Below are positions 12,968 to 27,619 of a stretch of DNA of 64,000 nt, piece after piece. The notes beneath the pieces are model-generated. The model made no database searches. It was given only the letters and a program-made list of their open reading frames with translations, and was not told the DNA's origin. Source of the DNA: Octopus vulgaris (lineage: Eukaryota); contig OX597826.1 in assembly GCA_951406725.2 (NCBI GenBank), forward strand, positions 34,534,001 to 34,598,000. Reading direction: 5' to 3'. The first letter of the stretch is position 1. Every line of letters begins with the position of its first letter. The translations under genes were made by a program, and so were the position numbers.

Positions 12968-13177
12968 GTATGTGTGTGTTGACTGTGTTAGTCACCCGCC
13001 TCACCATCGCTTGAGGGCCGATATATGTGTGTTTGCGTCCCTGTGACTTAGCGGTTCCGCAAAAGACCGATAGAATAAGTAGTAGACTTACAAAAAATAA
13101 GCCCTGGGGTCAATTTGTTCGACTAAAGGCGGTGCTGCCGCATGGCCAAAATCGAATAACTGGAATAAATAAAAGAA
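12968..13177 (+). mobile_element. SINE family B, older 3' half
   Basis: Homologous to 12750-12950. May be the displaced 3' half of the 10912 copy. Confidence 0.8.
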
Positions 13178-14013
13178 TATATACATACGAACGCGCACGC
13201 ACACACACACACATACACTCACACGCACGCACATACACGCACACACACACACTCACACATACACTCACACGCACGCACATACACGCGCACACACACATAA
13301 ACACATGGGCTGGAAGGTCCTCTGAATAGATGTAGTAATTTTGGCGTCAAGGATGGGCAAATAGACAGTCATCGCTGGTCATCATTTATCTCCTATTCTC
13401 TCAGCTGATAGCTCCTAGCACCACACCCTGGTACCTTACTTCAGTTGGAAGGCTAAATCAAATGAGGGGCTGGTATTACCACTGCAAATGTAAACGGAAG
13501 ATACCAGATAATGCTTCTCAAGGAACCCTCGGCTAGGGAGGAGGAGCGTGGTCGGGTCAAGCCCCTACTGATCGGGGCCAAGGTGTATCCCAGAGAGAGG
13601 CATACAGTTATGGATAGCAGCTCTAAGTGGAGCTGCCGAGTTAACTTGCCGCACTTGCCAGCATATAATACGCACCTCTAGTTTACAAGCCATTGCTATT
13701 AAGTTAAACTATCGTATGTCCAAATTTGGTCAATTCCGTTTTTCTTTTCAATATTTATTTTTGCTTGTAGTTGTCAGTTCTTTTGATATCTCCAGCTGCT
13801 TCAGATGTCAAAATATGAAAATTGTGAAAGTGTAGTACAACAGTTTTGCTAATGCAAAAAAAAAATTAAAATGGAATGGTGAAACTATTTTCTGTTTTCT
13901 GAAAAAGCAACGTTTTGGACTTACGACACTTTTGCATAATAGCAACGAAGTATATTTTGTGAGAAAATACTCCGCGCTATAAGCTACATATATACACACA
14001 CACACATGTATAA

Positions 14014-14046
<33 letters not shown>

Positions 14047-14053
14047 AGTGGGT

Positions 14054-14094
<41 letters not shown>

Positions 14095-14529
14095 ATGTGT
14101 AATAATAATAATTTCTTAAGCAACGTTAATGATGAGATCCAGGTTGCAAAATTGATTCAACAAAACATGTTGAAAGGAGTCCCACTCATAAGGGACAGTA
14201 GCAGAACCATTTTGCAAGATAAAGATTACTACCAAATCCATCTTGTCGTTACTTAACAAATTATTTTCATCATCTCAACTAACACTGCGGAACTTCTGAA
14301 GTAGACCCAACGGAAATATACCAAGACTGAGGATGACACAAGGTAGCCGAAACTGTGCCAGTGCTCTCTACTCAACACTACAACACACTAGTCGACATAT
14401 ACCCATTAGTCCCCAAACTATTAAATATATATACATATATATATATATAGCTAATCCAAACATGAAAACACAAAGAGAAAACACAACAACGCGAGGGCGT
14501 GGAACAAGTATAGTGTTATTGGACGATCA

Positions 14530-14581
<52 letters not shown>

Positions 14582-17313
14582 GTGAGTTGTGTGTTTGCGT
14601 ATAAAGATATCGCCGAAAACGTACAAATTGGCACGAAATTGCCGATAAATCAATGCAAAGAAAAATACCTGGTGGTTTCCACTACACCCGAATTGCAAAC
14701 AGACACTCCCTTTTCAGTCAGTTTCGTCATCAAATGTTCAGTGAACCAGTGATTGCTCTGTTGGAACGCTTCAATCAACGACGCTATTGTTCATGAATGC
14801 ATGATGATATAAAGAATAAGAATTTAAAACAAACACAAAACTGTATGCGTCGTTAGGCTCTTAGCAGTTTTACTAGACATCAGTAAAAACAACAAAGAAA
14901 AGATAAGAGCAAATATAAAAACTATGACAGCAATAACAACAACAATAATAGTCAAACATTAAATTGCAGCGATAACGCAATCTGGTGTTTGGTTGTAATT
15001 ATAACGAAATTGATTATTTCGCTGCTAACATTCCTTTCTAATTGATCACCTCCCCCACTAACCTCTAAACAATATATAAATCAAGATCTGGCACCATTAG
15101 CGACTACGTCTCATCAACGGGCCAAGTGAAGAGGTCTCTATGCAGTAGTGAGAAATGCTAGTAATAGCAGCGGATTCCGTTCAATGGAAACACGCACACT
15201 CAACATTATGTCATGGACGCGTATGGTTTGTTAGCATGCTAGGTGCTTTCCTGAATGATGCTTCGGGGGCCCATGAAGCCACGAACAGATTAAGAAGCCC
15301 TGTCAATCCCTTTACTTTTGAATGCTCATGTGGAATATCTATGATGTGACAGGTGGAAAGGATGAAGGTCACAGCAGCATTCAGACAATGTTCATTGACG
15401 TCTAGGGAGAGTAAGTACATCAAAATTGAAGTGTATTTTATTCTCAAGGACAAAATGTGCGGCAAGCCAGGGCAGGATCGAAACAACTGATTTCGAAACA
15501 TGAGCTGAACATCCTACCCACTTGACCATGCACCTTCAGGAATCACATCATGCAGTTAAAAAAAAACAAAAACAGTGCGTTTGATAGACCGTTTGTGTCT
15601 CCTGTATACACAAGAAAAGATGGAATGGTCACACACCAAATACTAATGTTAAGAGGTCAGCTCAAGCAAGCTAGGCCTTCAGTGAAATACTAACGGCAAT
15701 GTCTTATTAAAGCTCAATTTCACACAACCTACAAGAAGTTGCAAATCTTGGAAATTAACCCTATGGTCTTTCAAATAGGGAATAGCCCATTGGTGAGTCA
15801 ATTCTTTAATACACATATCAACAGAATGGCCATGCATAGAACGCTTCCATTATACTCCATCTGGTTCGTGGCTTTCAGGAGTTAAACAAAACCAGTATCA
15901 CACCCATCAGCGCGGTCTTCACAAATTGTAACAAAATTTTCCTCATATCCTACATTATTCTCTTGAAAGACGAAAATAAAAAGACTTTTGGTCATGAAAA
16001 TGTAGTTTATATTTACAGGGTACAGTCGGGATGGCCACGCCTGGAATTTCTTTCAATTAAATAGAAATGTCCTATCAAATTACAAATGTATGCAGTAATA
16101 TTGACAGCATGAGTAATAAGAATATATTTTCATTTGAATGTCTTCAGACGTTAAACGGAAATATAACTAAAAGAGGAAACAAAAAAATGACGGCTGCGAC
16201 AAAAGCATACGGCAAGAAATTTGCATGGAATGTTTATGGGATTAAATTGAACCCTGTATTGACTACTACTTTATTGTATGAACACTGAAACACAAAGATG
16301 GCCTCGACGGAATTTGAAACTACATTATAAAAAGCTGGAACAAAAACCGCAAAACGCTGTTACGATTCCATCAATTTAAAGCCATCACCATAGTGGTGAT
16401 AATGCAATAAAAATAAGAATAACAATACTAAGATAGTCAACGGCAACAACAATAAAAGCAACTAAAAGCAACTAAAACTAAATAACAACAACAACGGTTA
16501 TAAAAAACGGAACACGTTGTTTTCACCAATCTGCCATTGAAATAGTTGTGTGTTGTCTCCAGGGACATTTTCATACTGTTTGGCAGATTAGTATAGAATG
16601 ATTAGTGAGTAATCGTTTTAAGAATATTCCGTATGATGAGAGGGGAGTGTTACTCGAAAAAGAAAGAAATATATTGTATAATGAAATAGTTGAGTGAAAG
16701 GCGTACATATTGTTTTGTATGTGTGTGTGTGTGTTCGTGTGTGTGTGTATGTGTGTGTGGGCGCGGACGAGAAATAGCTTTTGTATTCTAGCAATACGCA
16801 GAATGTTTCGCTTTAATCAACTCATCAGCTACGAAGAACACAATTAGAGGTTTGGAGTTCAACCCCATTATTATATTATAATATTTCAGTTCTTTGGGAA
16901 AAGTGCCAGGCTTCATTCCTAAAATGTCTTTGAGAAAATATAAGCTAATATTGATTGTTCCATTGCGAAGACCAGAAGCGCACAATCAATTATAAGAGCA
17001 AGTTTTATTGCATCATGGCGCTCTCATCAGTGTATCAACTACATCCCGCTTTATGGAAAAATTCCATTGTCTTCATGTCTTCATGCCAGCTTTGGTATTT
17101 AATGAACTCGCAACGAACGCATGTATAACATCAGTACATGCTAATAGTTTAGTTATTCTCTGCGTTATTATTTTCCATGCATGAGTGTGTGTGATTAAAT
17201 GGATACGTGTAAGTGTCCCTGTTTGAATGGTTGTATAAATATGTGTACATGAGCATATCTGAAGGCATGTGTGTATATCTGAGTATGTGTGTGTGAGAGA
17301 GTGAGAGAGAGAG

Positions 17314-17366
<53 letters not shown>

Positions 17367-18355
17367 ACACACACACACACACACACACAGAGAAAGAAAG
17401 ACAGAAGGAGAGTTTGTGTTACAGTAGTGTGTATTGGAAGTACGATATATAAACATGCAGAAATTTGAATTCTATAGCACATTGTGAACAAATTCCTGTT
17501 CATTCAGATAGATAGATGGATGGAAAAATAGACAGATAGATAGATAAGTAAAGAGATACATATAGAGATAGATACATAGATAGACAGACAGACAGAAAAA
17601 TAGGTAGATAGATACCTATTTACCAACCTACCTCCATACGTACGTACCTCCCTACCTACCTACCAAACATCCTACATACGCATATACATACAATTACACA
17701 TACATACATACATACATACATACATACATGCAGCGTAAGCGCATAAGCACGGATGTACGCCAGTAAAGTTCTAAAAATATTTTTCACGTCGTCTCTATTA
17801 TAGTTTTTGGGAAGAAATCCAAGCGGAGAATCACCAATGTGCTCCTCTCATATACAAGCACACACGCACGCACGCACGCGCGCGCATGAGAAAGTGATCG
17901 TGAGCGTATATCATATGATTGCAAGCACATCGATACAGCCAGCAACGTATGTAGTTTAGATACGTCAGCACTCTCAAATATTGCCAAATACACGGAGCCA
18001 TCTTCAGTCCGGAAAAAGAGGACTTGTCACATACTTAGTGAGCAACTAGAATTCTTCAATGTACATACAATGTTATAGACTAACACATACCACCACACAC
18101 ACAAACACACATGCATACACATGCGCGCGCACACACACAAACATTTACACACATGCACGTATGCATTTATAAGTATATACACAAGTAAATATATATTTGT
18201 GTATGTACATATACATACACACACACCCATATATAGATAGCTATAGATCTGTATATATATGTATATATATTGAGATGGCTATATATATATATATATATAT
18301 TTGTCTGCATATATATATATATAGACATGTCTATATATATACACATATATATATA

Positions 18356-18753
18356 CTAGCAGTATCGCCCGGCGTTGCTCGGGTTTGTAAGGGAAATAAC
18401 TATATAAGCATTTTTAGAGAGTTATAGCAAAAAAATAGCAAAAAAATGCATTAAAAATAGAATAAAAAATGATGGTAATTTTTTTTTAAATCGTTGACTC
18501 ATCGTAGACATTTTTAGAGAGTTACGTCCCTTATATAATAGCGAAAAAATGCATTAAAATGGAAAAAATGATGGTAATTTTTTTTTTTAAATCGTAGACT
18601 CATCGTAGACGCGCGCTAATACCCAGAAGGGCTCGATATTAATCACGACTATAAGATACCCGGTTTGGGTTAAACTGCACCGCAAAATGTGGGAGTAGTT
18701 AGGAATCTAAATCGTAGGAGACAGACACACAACTTCACTTTTATATATAAAGA
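18356..18753 (-). mobile_element. Non-autonomous Helitron
   Basis: Minus strand starts A|TC (TCTTTATATATAAAAG), ends with hairpin CCCGAGCAACGCCGGG then CTAG|T. Internal ~100-bp tandem duplication at 18410-18610. Confidence 0.85.
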
Positions 18754-19008
18754 TATAATTATTCCCTAAACACTTTGCACTTTACTGCTGGATTCTTTGG
18801 CTTAGCGTTATTACAATACTTAAATTTGAACATGCGTGTCTCGAAACATCGAATCAATAGTTTTTAGGATAATTTTGTTCCAAACTGTGGAAAAAATAAT
18901 TAACCTTGACCATAACAGGTTTGTAAATACAATAGTTCTTATTTAAAGACAGATTAAAAACACGTATATTTTATGCATATATATATCAAGGCACACGTAC
19001 GTGCGTGT

Positions 19009-19227
19009 GCAGAAACGTTAGCACGCTGGGCGAAATGTTTAGCGGTATTCCATCTGCCGCTACGTTCTGAGTTCAAATTCCGCCGAGGTCGACTTTGCTT
19101 TTCATCCTTTCGGGGTCGATTAAATAAGTACCAGTTACGCACTGGGGTCGATATAATCGACTTAATCCGTTTGTCTCTCCTTGTTTGTCCTCTCTGTGTT
19201 TAGCCCCTTGTGGGTAGTAAAGAAATA
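19009..19227 (+). mobile_element. SINE family A
   Basis: Near-identical to 8522-8737 and 51231-51449. Confidence 0.9.
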
Positions 19228-19621
19228 GGTTGTTACTTTTGAACGGAAGCCACACATTTTAGAAACGGTGTTGAAGTGTATATCGACAATATCAATTGCA
19301 GTGATTTACAGGTTATTTGTAGTAGCAAACTTTCAAGCAACCCCGATATCTGTGGTGTTTATTTGAATTCAGAATTTGACGATCGGAATAAAATACAGAA
19401 TAATTTTATATAATAATTGGCAGAACTAATTTATGTCAAACTCTGTGTAGATGTATATAGAGGCGTGTGTGTGTGTGTGCGGCTATGTGTGTGTTTTACT
19501 TGGGTGCGGTCTATTATATATATGTATGTGCATGTGTGTGTTTGTGTGTGCGTCTACGTGTATTTTAGACTGAGTTTTAAAGTATGAAACCTAATCATTA
19601 CCTATCACCGAGTGCCGTCTG

Positions 19622-19741
19622 ACTACTACTACCACTACTACTGCTACTACTGCTGCTGCTGCTGCTACTACTACTACTACCACTGCTGCTGCTGCTGCTG
19701 CTACTACTACTACAACTACTACTACTACCACTACTACTACT
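19622..19741. repeat. (CTA)n/(CTG)n microsatellite
   Basis: Directly visible. Confidence 0.95.
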
Positions 19742-19973
19742 AAGATTTTTAGTACAAATCACCTGGAGCATTACAACAATACGCTTAAATAATCTTGCAT
19801 ATTTTAAAGCGAATCCCAAATAATTTATCTTTGCAAATTGCTTTCTTCGCCACTTTTCTTATTCTCTCCTTCTCATCATGTGTCCATATCTACATATTTG
19901 CGGGTAGTAATACGTCTTATCTTAAATTTGTGTTACGGAAATTGATAATGAAAACAAGGATTTTATTACAGGA

Positions 19974-20342
19974 CTAGCAGTATCGTCCGGCGTTGCTCGT
20001 GTTTGTAAGGGAAATAACTATAAAGCAGTTTTAGAGAGTTATAGCCAAAAATGGAAAAAAAATGATGGTAAATTTTTTCTAGTTAAAAAGGTCGAGTTGC
20101 GTCCCCTAGACAGTCTGTGGTTTGTGTTTCTGATTCTCGACCCCATGTCGAATTTATCGATTTTTTTCAGAACTGGGGGAACTTTTCAAAATTTTCGCTG
20201 CGTTAGTTTTGAATTATGGCATTGGGCTATGTGTGTGTCAAGTTTCATCAGAATCGGTTGAAAGCCGTGGTCAGGGTGAGGGTACAAGCAAACAGACACA
20301 CAGAAACACGCACAGACAAACTGCCGTTTATATATAGAGAGA
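19974..20342 (-). mobile_element. Non-autonomous Helitron
   Basis: A|TC start, same 3' end as the 18356 element (ctagcagtatcgtccggcgttgctc...gtaagggaaataac), different 5' portion. Confidence 0.85.
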
Positions 20343-21246
20343 TATACTTACATACATACATACACACACACATATATATATATATATAGATATATATCTG
20401 TATATATATGTATATATATTGACATGGCTATATATATATATATATGGTGGACGCATTTACTCACACATGTGTGCATGTGCCAAGGAAGAATGGACGTATT
20501 GTATATGCATATTCTCGTCGATGTGTGTGCGTGCGTGTTTGTGACTGTGTGTTTGTGTGTTTATACGTGTGTGCATGTGTGTGTGTGTGCATATGCGTGT
20601 GTATCAGTGAAAATACGTTTCAGTCTATTAAAGAGCAAGAGAGAGAGAATGGAAGAAAGTAAGAGCAAAAAGAAAGAAAATGACAGAATGACAGAATGAG
20701 TGGAAAGAGAGAGAGAGAGAGAGAGGGAGAGGATGGGAGAGAGAGAGAATGAGAGTGGGCAGAGATGTGTGCGTTAAGAATTTGTGACAGCTGCCTAGAT
20801 TCTAGGTCCAGTGTGTGAGAAACTGTTGGCAGGTGATGTGCCTTAAAGAGATAGTTTGAGATTATAAAAAGTGAGAGCAAACCTTCGTTGTACGATGAAT
20901 GTTTTAAGACAATTGCAAGGCGCCTCTGCTGCAAATATGTCAGAAGAATCATTAAATAATTATATAGAATATTACTGCGTTGTGTATCATAGACATAAGT
21001 GCATCGATATGGTTGAAGTTTGACATGCGGTATGATAGGACTGATATCGGTGTTGATTACGACGTACAACTGGGGGGAAGGTGTATCTATATGTGTCTGT
21101 ACGCGTGCGCCTCCGTGCGTGTGTATGTGTGTGTGCGCCTCCGTGCGTGTGTATGTGTGTATGTGGGCGTGTGTGTGTCTGCGTATAGACATGCATATAT
21201 CTATAGCCACATCTAAATATATGTGTAAACGTACGCGTACATGAAT

Positions 21247-21284
<38 letters not shown>

Positions 21285-23570
21285 TCAAACACTCAGATAC
21301 ATACATGCACACATATATATGCATATATACATGAGGAAAAAGTGAGTGAGAAGGCGCGGAATATAGAAGAAAAGACATGATGAGGCTCACAAAAAGAACG
21401 CGAATCAGTAACACAAATTGTTCTAAATCCGACTCTAATATTATTCGCAGCCAAAATCATCGTCGTCATTGACATCAACGGTGGTCACAGAATTAACCCC
21501 CTACACCACCACCTTCATCATCATTATCCACATCAGAAACATCACTTTTTTCGTTATTCTCGTCCTCACATGATAGTTGCTATCAAGCTATGAATGCTAG
21601 TTAACTGCATTTTTGAATTAGCTGTTTAATATGCATGGCCCTAGTGCATAGCTGGTATTTATTTGAAAGAACCACACCAAGATATGCAATATTGAATAGA
21701 AAATACTGAATTCTTTTTCAGTTATAAAGTTGCAGAAATCAGTTTAACATAACATTCACGATACCGAATAGAAACTCAAGATTAGTAACACAACAGAGTT
21801 ACTCTAACCGACCGCCATACTTCATAGAAATCATTGCCTCTGTGTCATTTTGCAGCTTGAAATATGAAACAGCGATTTACGTGCTGTAAACTGTATGTTA
21901 CTGCTTGGAAATGACGAAAAACGATATTACCCCGAATAGAATACCTTTCGTTAAAGGCAGGCCTAGCTTGTGGGGATAAATCACAAAAAAATATTTGGAT
22001 AACTTTAAGAATATTTCCAAAGTTAGTTGAATCTTGTCGTGGTTCTTCAAAATATAGAGAATTATCGTACTGCCTTCATTCTCTTACATAATTTTTGTTC
22101 TATTTATTCCAAAAGAAAACTGCGCCATATTTAACTCTATTTAAGCTACTGCTATTTCGGTTAGTGTTTGTTTTGTTTTTCCGTGCTGCTTCCTATCAAT
22201 ATTTTTTGCTTTTTTTTTTTTATATTTCTCGCTCGAAGCCTTAGTCTCTTTCTTTCTTTTAGAAACTAGCTTCTGCATTTTCTGACACGCCATGTACTTC
22301 TCTGAATCCTTCTCTTTTGTAAGCTGCCACATTCTGATGTCTGCTTGTCACGCACACAGAAGCACATATGCATGACCAGTTTTATAGTATTTGATTGAAC
22401 TATTTCTAAATTTCAAGAATGCTAAAATATAACATGGTAATTCCAATAATGTTTTCAAAGTCGCAATATTATGTCTCTCTTGAGAGAAATATACAGAGCA
22501 GTGAGAAAGCTATAAACGGTCTGACTTTACGATGAATGAACGATTTGGTCCCATGGTGTCTCACATCAGAACAAGGTGTTTGGGAATATCTATCTCACAG
22601 CTTGCGTCCTTCGTTTATAGACATTTGTCTAAACAGAAGGTTAGGCTATACTATCATGACAATTTCTACCTAATTACCATTCCGCATTGTATATTCGTTC
22701 TCTCGTAACACTATTCCAATTGCACTACACTTCCCTTTGAAGATATGCATATGAGACAAGTGATATGAACTCAGACATCACTTTTACACGACTGTTAAAC
22801 ATCTTGTCTGATTTCCCCCACTTGCATTTTCTTATAGTTCTGACATTCAAATATTTCTTCTTCGCTGTACTTGTTGCGGATTTGAGTCTTAGCGTGAATA
22901 TAAGAAGCTAACACTAATGAATGAAAAGAAAAAATTCTTCCATATTCCATGCTGTGAAGGATAATTAATTACACATTAATAATAGCGGCTTCAATGAGCT
23001 TCCAAAATATCCGTGCATTATCTAAGTATTGTCGTGCACTATATTATCAATGGTCACGTACTTCTGAAAGGTTGTAGCGCGAAAACGGAAGAAAAATAGC
23101 TGCAAGCATCTACAGATATTTACCAGAAGTATGCACTACACTTCACAGCGAAAACATTGGACAACGTGTAAGAATCTAGTTTACACAAAAATAATAATAT
23201 ACGGAAAGTAACGAAATAACATCATGTGATTCCCATACATTACTTAGTGGCATCAATGCATAAAATTTAAGTATGTAATAATGCTCCAACAATGACGTTG
23301 GTGTTGATGTATGACCATGGGTCCGTTTAGATTCAGTGGATATATGTGTTCCAGCCGTGTCTGACCATCATGTATTCGGGTTAGATAAAGCAATATCTAC
23401 AAAGTGCAGTATTAAACATCACACTCTGTTAAGCTCACATACACCCACACATGTATATACATGAGTATACATGTGTATGATTGTATATATATAGATATAT
23501 ATATATATATATATATACACACGCATATGTATGTATACATATACGTATGTATGTATGCGTATATACATGT

Positions 23571-23612
<42 letters not shown>

Positions 23613-24210
23613 GCGTGTATATATATATACACGTATATGTATGCATACATATACGTATGTATACACATGTATACACACACACACACACGCGCGTATATAT
23701 ATATATATAATAATTCACGTCTATAAGAGATGATTTCTCGGGAAGTTTAGTGCAGTTTATGACGTTAAAACAGATAGTTTAAACAGCATTTTCAAAGTAG
23801 TGACTTCCAAATTAATATTCCTCACAAAAATTGCTCCCGTCACTAATAGCTAAGTTATGCACAGCCTGCTAACTTTTTTGCGATATCACTGTCTGTTTAA
23901 AGTGTTTTAAACTATATTATATCACTAGATTTTGGCCTGGCATTCTTTGATTGACTATCTATTCCTGATCATGCGAAAATATGCTGAAGTCTCATGATAC
24001 TTCTCTTCCATCAGTGTGTGCCGACGAAATTTTTTTAAAATATAATATCTTTGCTATTTAGCTCTATACATCTACACGCCATGGCTTCTCAGGGCTGGTG
24101 CTTATGTCTTTTAAACAACACACCCAACTAAAGTTGGATGTACTCATTGGATATATACACACACAAACACACACATATATATCTTACCTGAAACCGAGGA
24201 AAGAAGTGTT

Positions 24211-24287
<77 letters not shown>

Positions 24288-24432
24288 GTGAAGACGCGTG
24301 GCCCAGTGGGTAGGCTTGCAGCACTCATGATCAGGGGGAATGTTGACCTGCTCAGTAAACCAGCGGGTCAAGGACATCATTAAAACGCTTAAACGATGCC
24401 AAGTGCAGTAAACCCGATAGTGTGCAGGTATC

Positions 24433-24521
<89 letters not shown>

Positions 24522-24604
24522 CAATGTAGGATAGTATTACTCACAGGACTATGTATACACATACATACATATTTTTATATTATGCACCTCCAGAAGTATA
24601 TACA

Positions 24605-24822
24605 TACGAGGAGGTGCTGGAAAGATCCTGGCTTTGGGTGAACGAAAATACAGAAGAATCAGTTAATTATGATTTTATTAACCATATTCACTTCTCAGAT
24701 TCACACACTTATTATTGCGTGCCTTCAGTTTTTCTAAATCCTGTAAAGAAATCGGAAGGTTGAGCTTCTAATCAGGCCTTTCGCGTATCCTTAAAGCCAC
24801 GAATCGTTTCAGCACCCACCGC
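24605..24822. mobile_element. Mariner-type MITE (degenerate)
   Basis: Imperfect TIRs tacgaggaggtgctggaaagatcctggcttt / aaagccacgaatcgtttcagcacccacc. Left end TA-CGAGG is typical of mariner. Confidence 0.7.
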
Positions 24823-26214
24823 CTACACGTTCCTTTACTGCATGCTATACAACGATAGGAAACCGTGTTTGGTTACATCTTGTTTGAGTGTGGAGGAAAT
24901 TTCGTGGCATTTTACAAGCCTATCTTTACTGCTGCCTTCCTTCAGGTGTTGTTTAACACGACAGTAGCTTGTTTATTACCGCAAATCTAAGATTTCTACA
25001 GAGTAATCACAGAGAGAGAGACAGAGGGAGAGTGTGCGTGTGTGTGAATGTGTGCGCGCGTGCGCGTGTGTGTCAGAGAGAGAGTCGGAAGAGCGCGTTA
25101 TATGGGTGGCACATTTTATCATCCCGAAAGAGTGACGGGCAAAGATGGCTTCAGCCTGACGAAATTGGAATTCAAATTCTCTATGTCAAACTAATGATTG
25201 TGACAGTTCTCTATCTTTGGGTATATCGAATAAGACATTTGCATGACAAAGAGAAACGCAGCTAATAAATACTGACATATTTACATACATCCATACACAC
25301 ACAAACACACACACAGAGTCATATACTCATTGATATTACGCACATGGACATATATTCTACTATTTGCCAGCTATATATATTTTTTAGAATATCATGAAAT
25401 CTATGTTACAGAATGTAAGCACACATTAAACGTATGCATATATTCTATATTTATGCGCATATTCATGCTTGGATGTATGCATTTATGTATGTAGACATAA
25501 CCATAGGCTGGTGCTGGAAGGAAGGCAATAGCAGATGCGCTCTTCTTTAAAGGAAATAGCAGGACACCTACCGAAGTACGTGTCCATCGTTCACGCCCCA
25601 TAAATCTTTGCGTATGTCTCTTTCCTTGTGTTTCTATGAGCTTGTGTGATTGTGTATTTATTAGCTGTGTGCTCAAGAGAAAGTGGTCACATATTTATTC
25701 TTCTGGTGTATGGTTGTGAATGTCACGTGTTAAACTATTTGTTTATATGCATATATGCGTGCGTGTGTGTGTGTGTGTGTGTCTGTGCGTGGGTGTGCGA
25801 GTGGTCGGTATTCGCTTTAATAATTCTTTTTAATAATTCGTGAATTAAGATGTATTAAGGAGAGAACAATCAGGTGGGTACTGTTAGCAATGCCCTCCTT
25901 ATCTTCTCTCTCCTCGCATTTTCCTTTGTGCTTCTCTGTCCTCCCGACCATATTTGGCATCGTCTTTATCGGTGATCACCCTCATTATCACAATCCACGT
26001 CGTCATCATCATCACCACCACCATCATCATCAATATCAACAACCCCATATTTCTTCATTACTAATAAACAAGTGTGATTGTGACGATGAGATGGCATTGA
26101 TGATAATACTGACCACGAAGTAGATAGCTATTGTATAAAGATGCTAATAATAATAATAATAATAATAAATTAATTAAGTAATTAATTAATTAAACTATAA
26201 TGATGTTACGACAA

Positions 26215-26378
26215 TATGGCAAAATAGATCCACAGCCAACAAAGTGTAAAGACGTGGTATGACCAAACTTCAGAAGGAGTTACTGAGAATGAAGATGGCA
26301 AAAATTTTGTGTGATGTCAATTTTTCAGTGTGACTGATCATACATCGGAAACCTGACATTGTTGTGGTAAAAGAAAAC
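26215..26378 (+). pseudogene. R4/Dong-like non-LTR retrotransposon, REL endonuclease fragment
   Basis: Translates KTWYDQTSEGVTENEDGK...ILCDVN...HRKPDIVVVKE with frameshifts. Lies just downstream of (AAT)n. Confidence 0.7.
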
Positions 26379-26399
26379 GTAAAAAAGTAGTAGTAGCAA

Positions 26400-26458
<59 letters not shown>

Positions 26459-26588
26459 AACGTTGCTGTTGGTGATGCAGCAGCACCAACATTAGCATCA
26501 CAAAATCAATTTTTGTCTATCATAATTTGATATAATTTCATCAGAAATATTTCATAAACTCATAAAATATTGAAAGTAAATGATAAGA

Positions 26589-26627
<39 letters not shown>

Positions 26628-27241
26628 AGAGATAAAGAGATAAAATAAATTAATTTTCAAAGACAGCCAAAGTAAACTAATATGTAATTTTTGGTAACTT
26701 TTAGTTATCGGGAAGAAAAGCAACGGAAAATAACGCAATGAAATAAAACTGAAATAACGAAAGATATTGAAGTTATAAAACCCAAAATGTTTCCAATTAA
26801 AAATGGCAAATCCATGAATAATTCTAAACTGACCACATTCACATTTGGCAACTTTGTCAAGCGGCTTATGTTCAGGTGACTCTATATTTCTAAAGAAGTA
26901 ATCCTTTCAATCTATGTCATTAGAGAAGCTACAAAGAATCATTAAAAGACAAATAAAGGTATTAGGAATCAGTCTAAAACAGCTTATAAAATTGTTGAGA
27001 TGCCTATATTTTAGCTTTAACAAAACCTTAAATAATGAATGTATTTCTCTCTTTATCTTCTTCATAGTTTGTGTACTTATGTTTAAGTATGTGTTTGTGT
27101 ATATGCATATATAGCGTACGTCTGTATGTATGTATACAAGGTGTCTCAAAAATATATACAGGAAATGATCATTGAAAAACAAATTTGCTAAAAACAAAAG
27201 TGCTTATTAAAAAAAATTCATTTCCGAAATCTAGATTGAGA

Positions 27242-27355
<114 letters not shown>

Positions 27356-27356
27356 T

Positions 27357-27406
<50 letters not shown>

Positions 27407-27576
27407 TGTATATGGACAGCGAAAGCTGATTACGTCATTTTATCCCAAATTAAAAATATTTTAATATTTTGCGTTTCTATAATCATTTTTGCTTTTATTC
27501 ATTCTCGAACTTGATGGGCATATAACAACCAGCCATCCGACACAAAAAAATCTCTAGTGAAACTTCTTTATCAATA

Positions 27577-27619
27577 TACCTGAAGTGACCCAGAGTGATG
27601 GCTCGAAACATATGCTGTA
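27577..27619 (+). ncRNA. Degenerate Penelope-type hammerhead remnant
   Basis: TAC-CTGAAGT-GACCCA-gagtga-TGGCTC-GAAAC-ATAT-GCT-GTA. Three substitutions from a canonical type I fold. Followed by AATAAA. Confidence 0.5.

Noticed and set aside
20620-21414. Longest ORF (264 aa)
   Set aside because: Non-ATG start and runs through CA/TG/CT microsatellites. No protein-like features.
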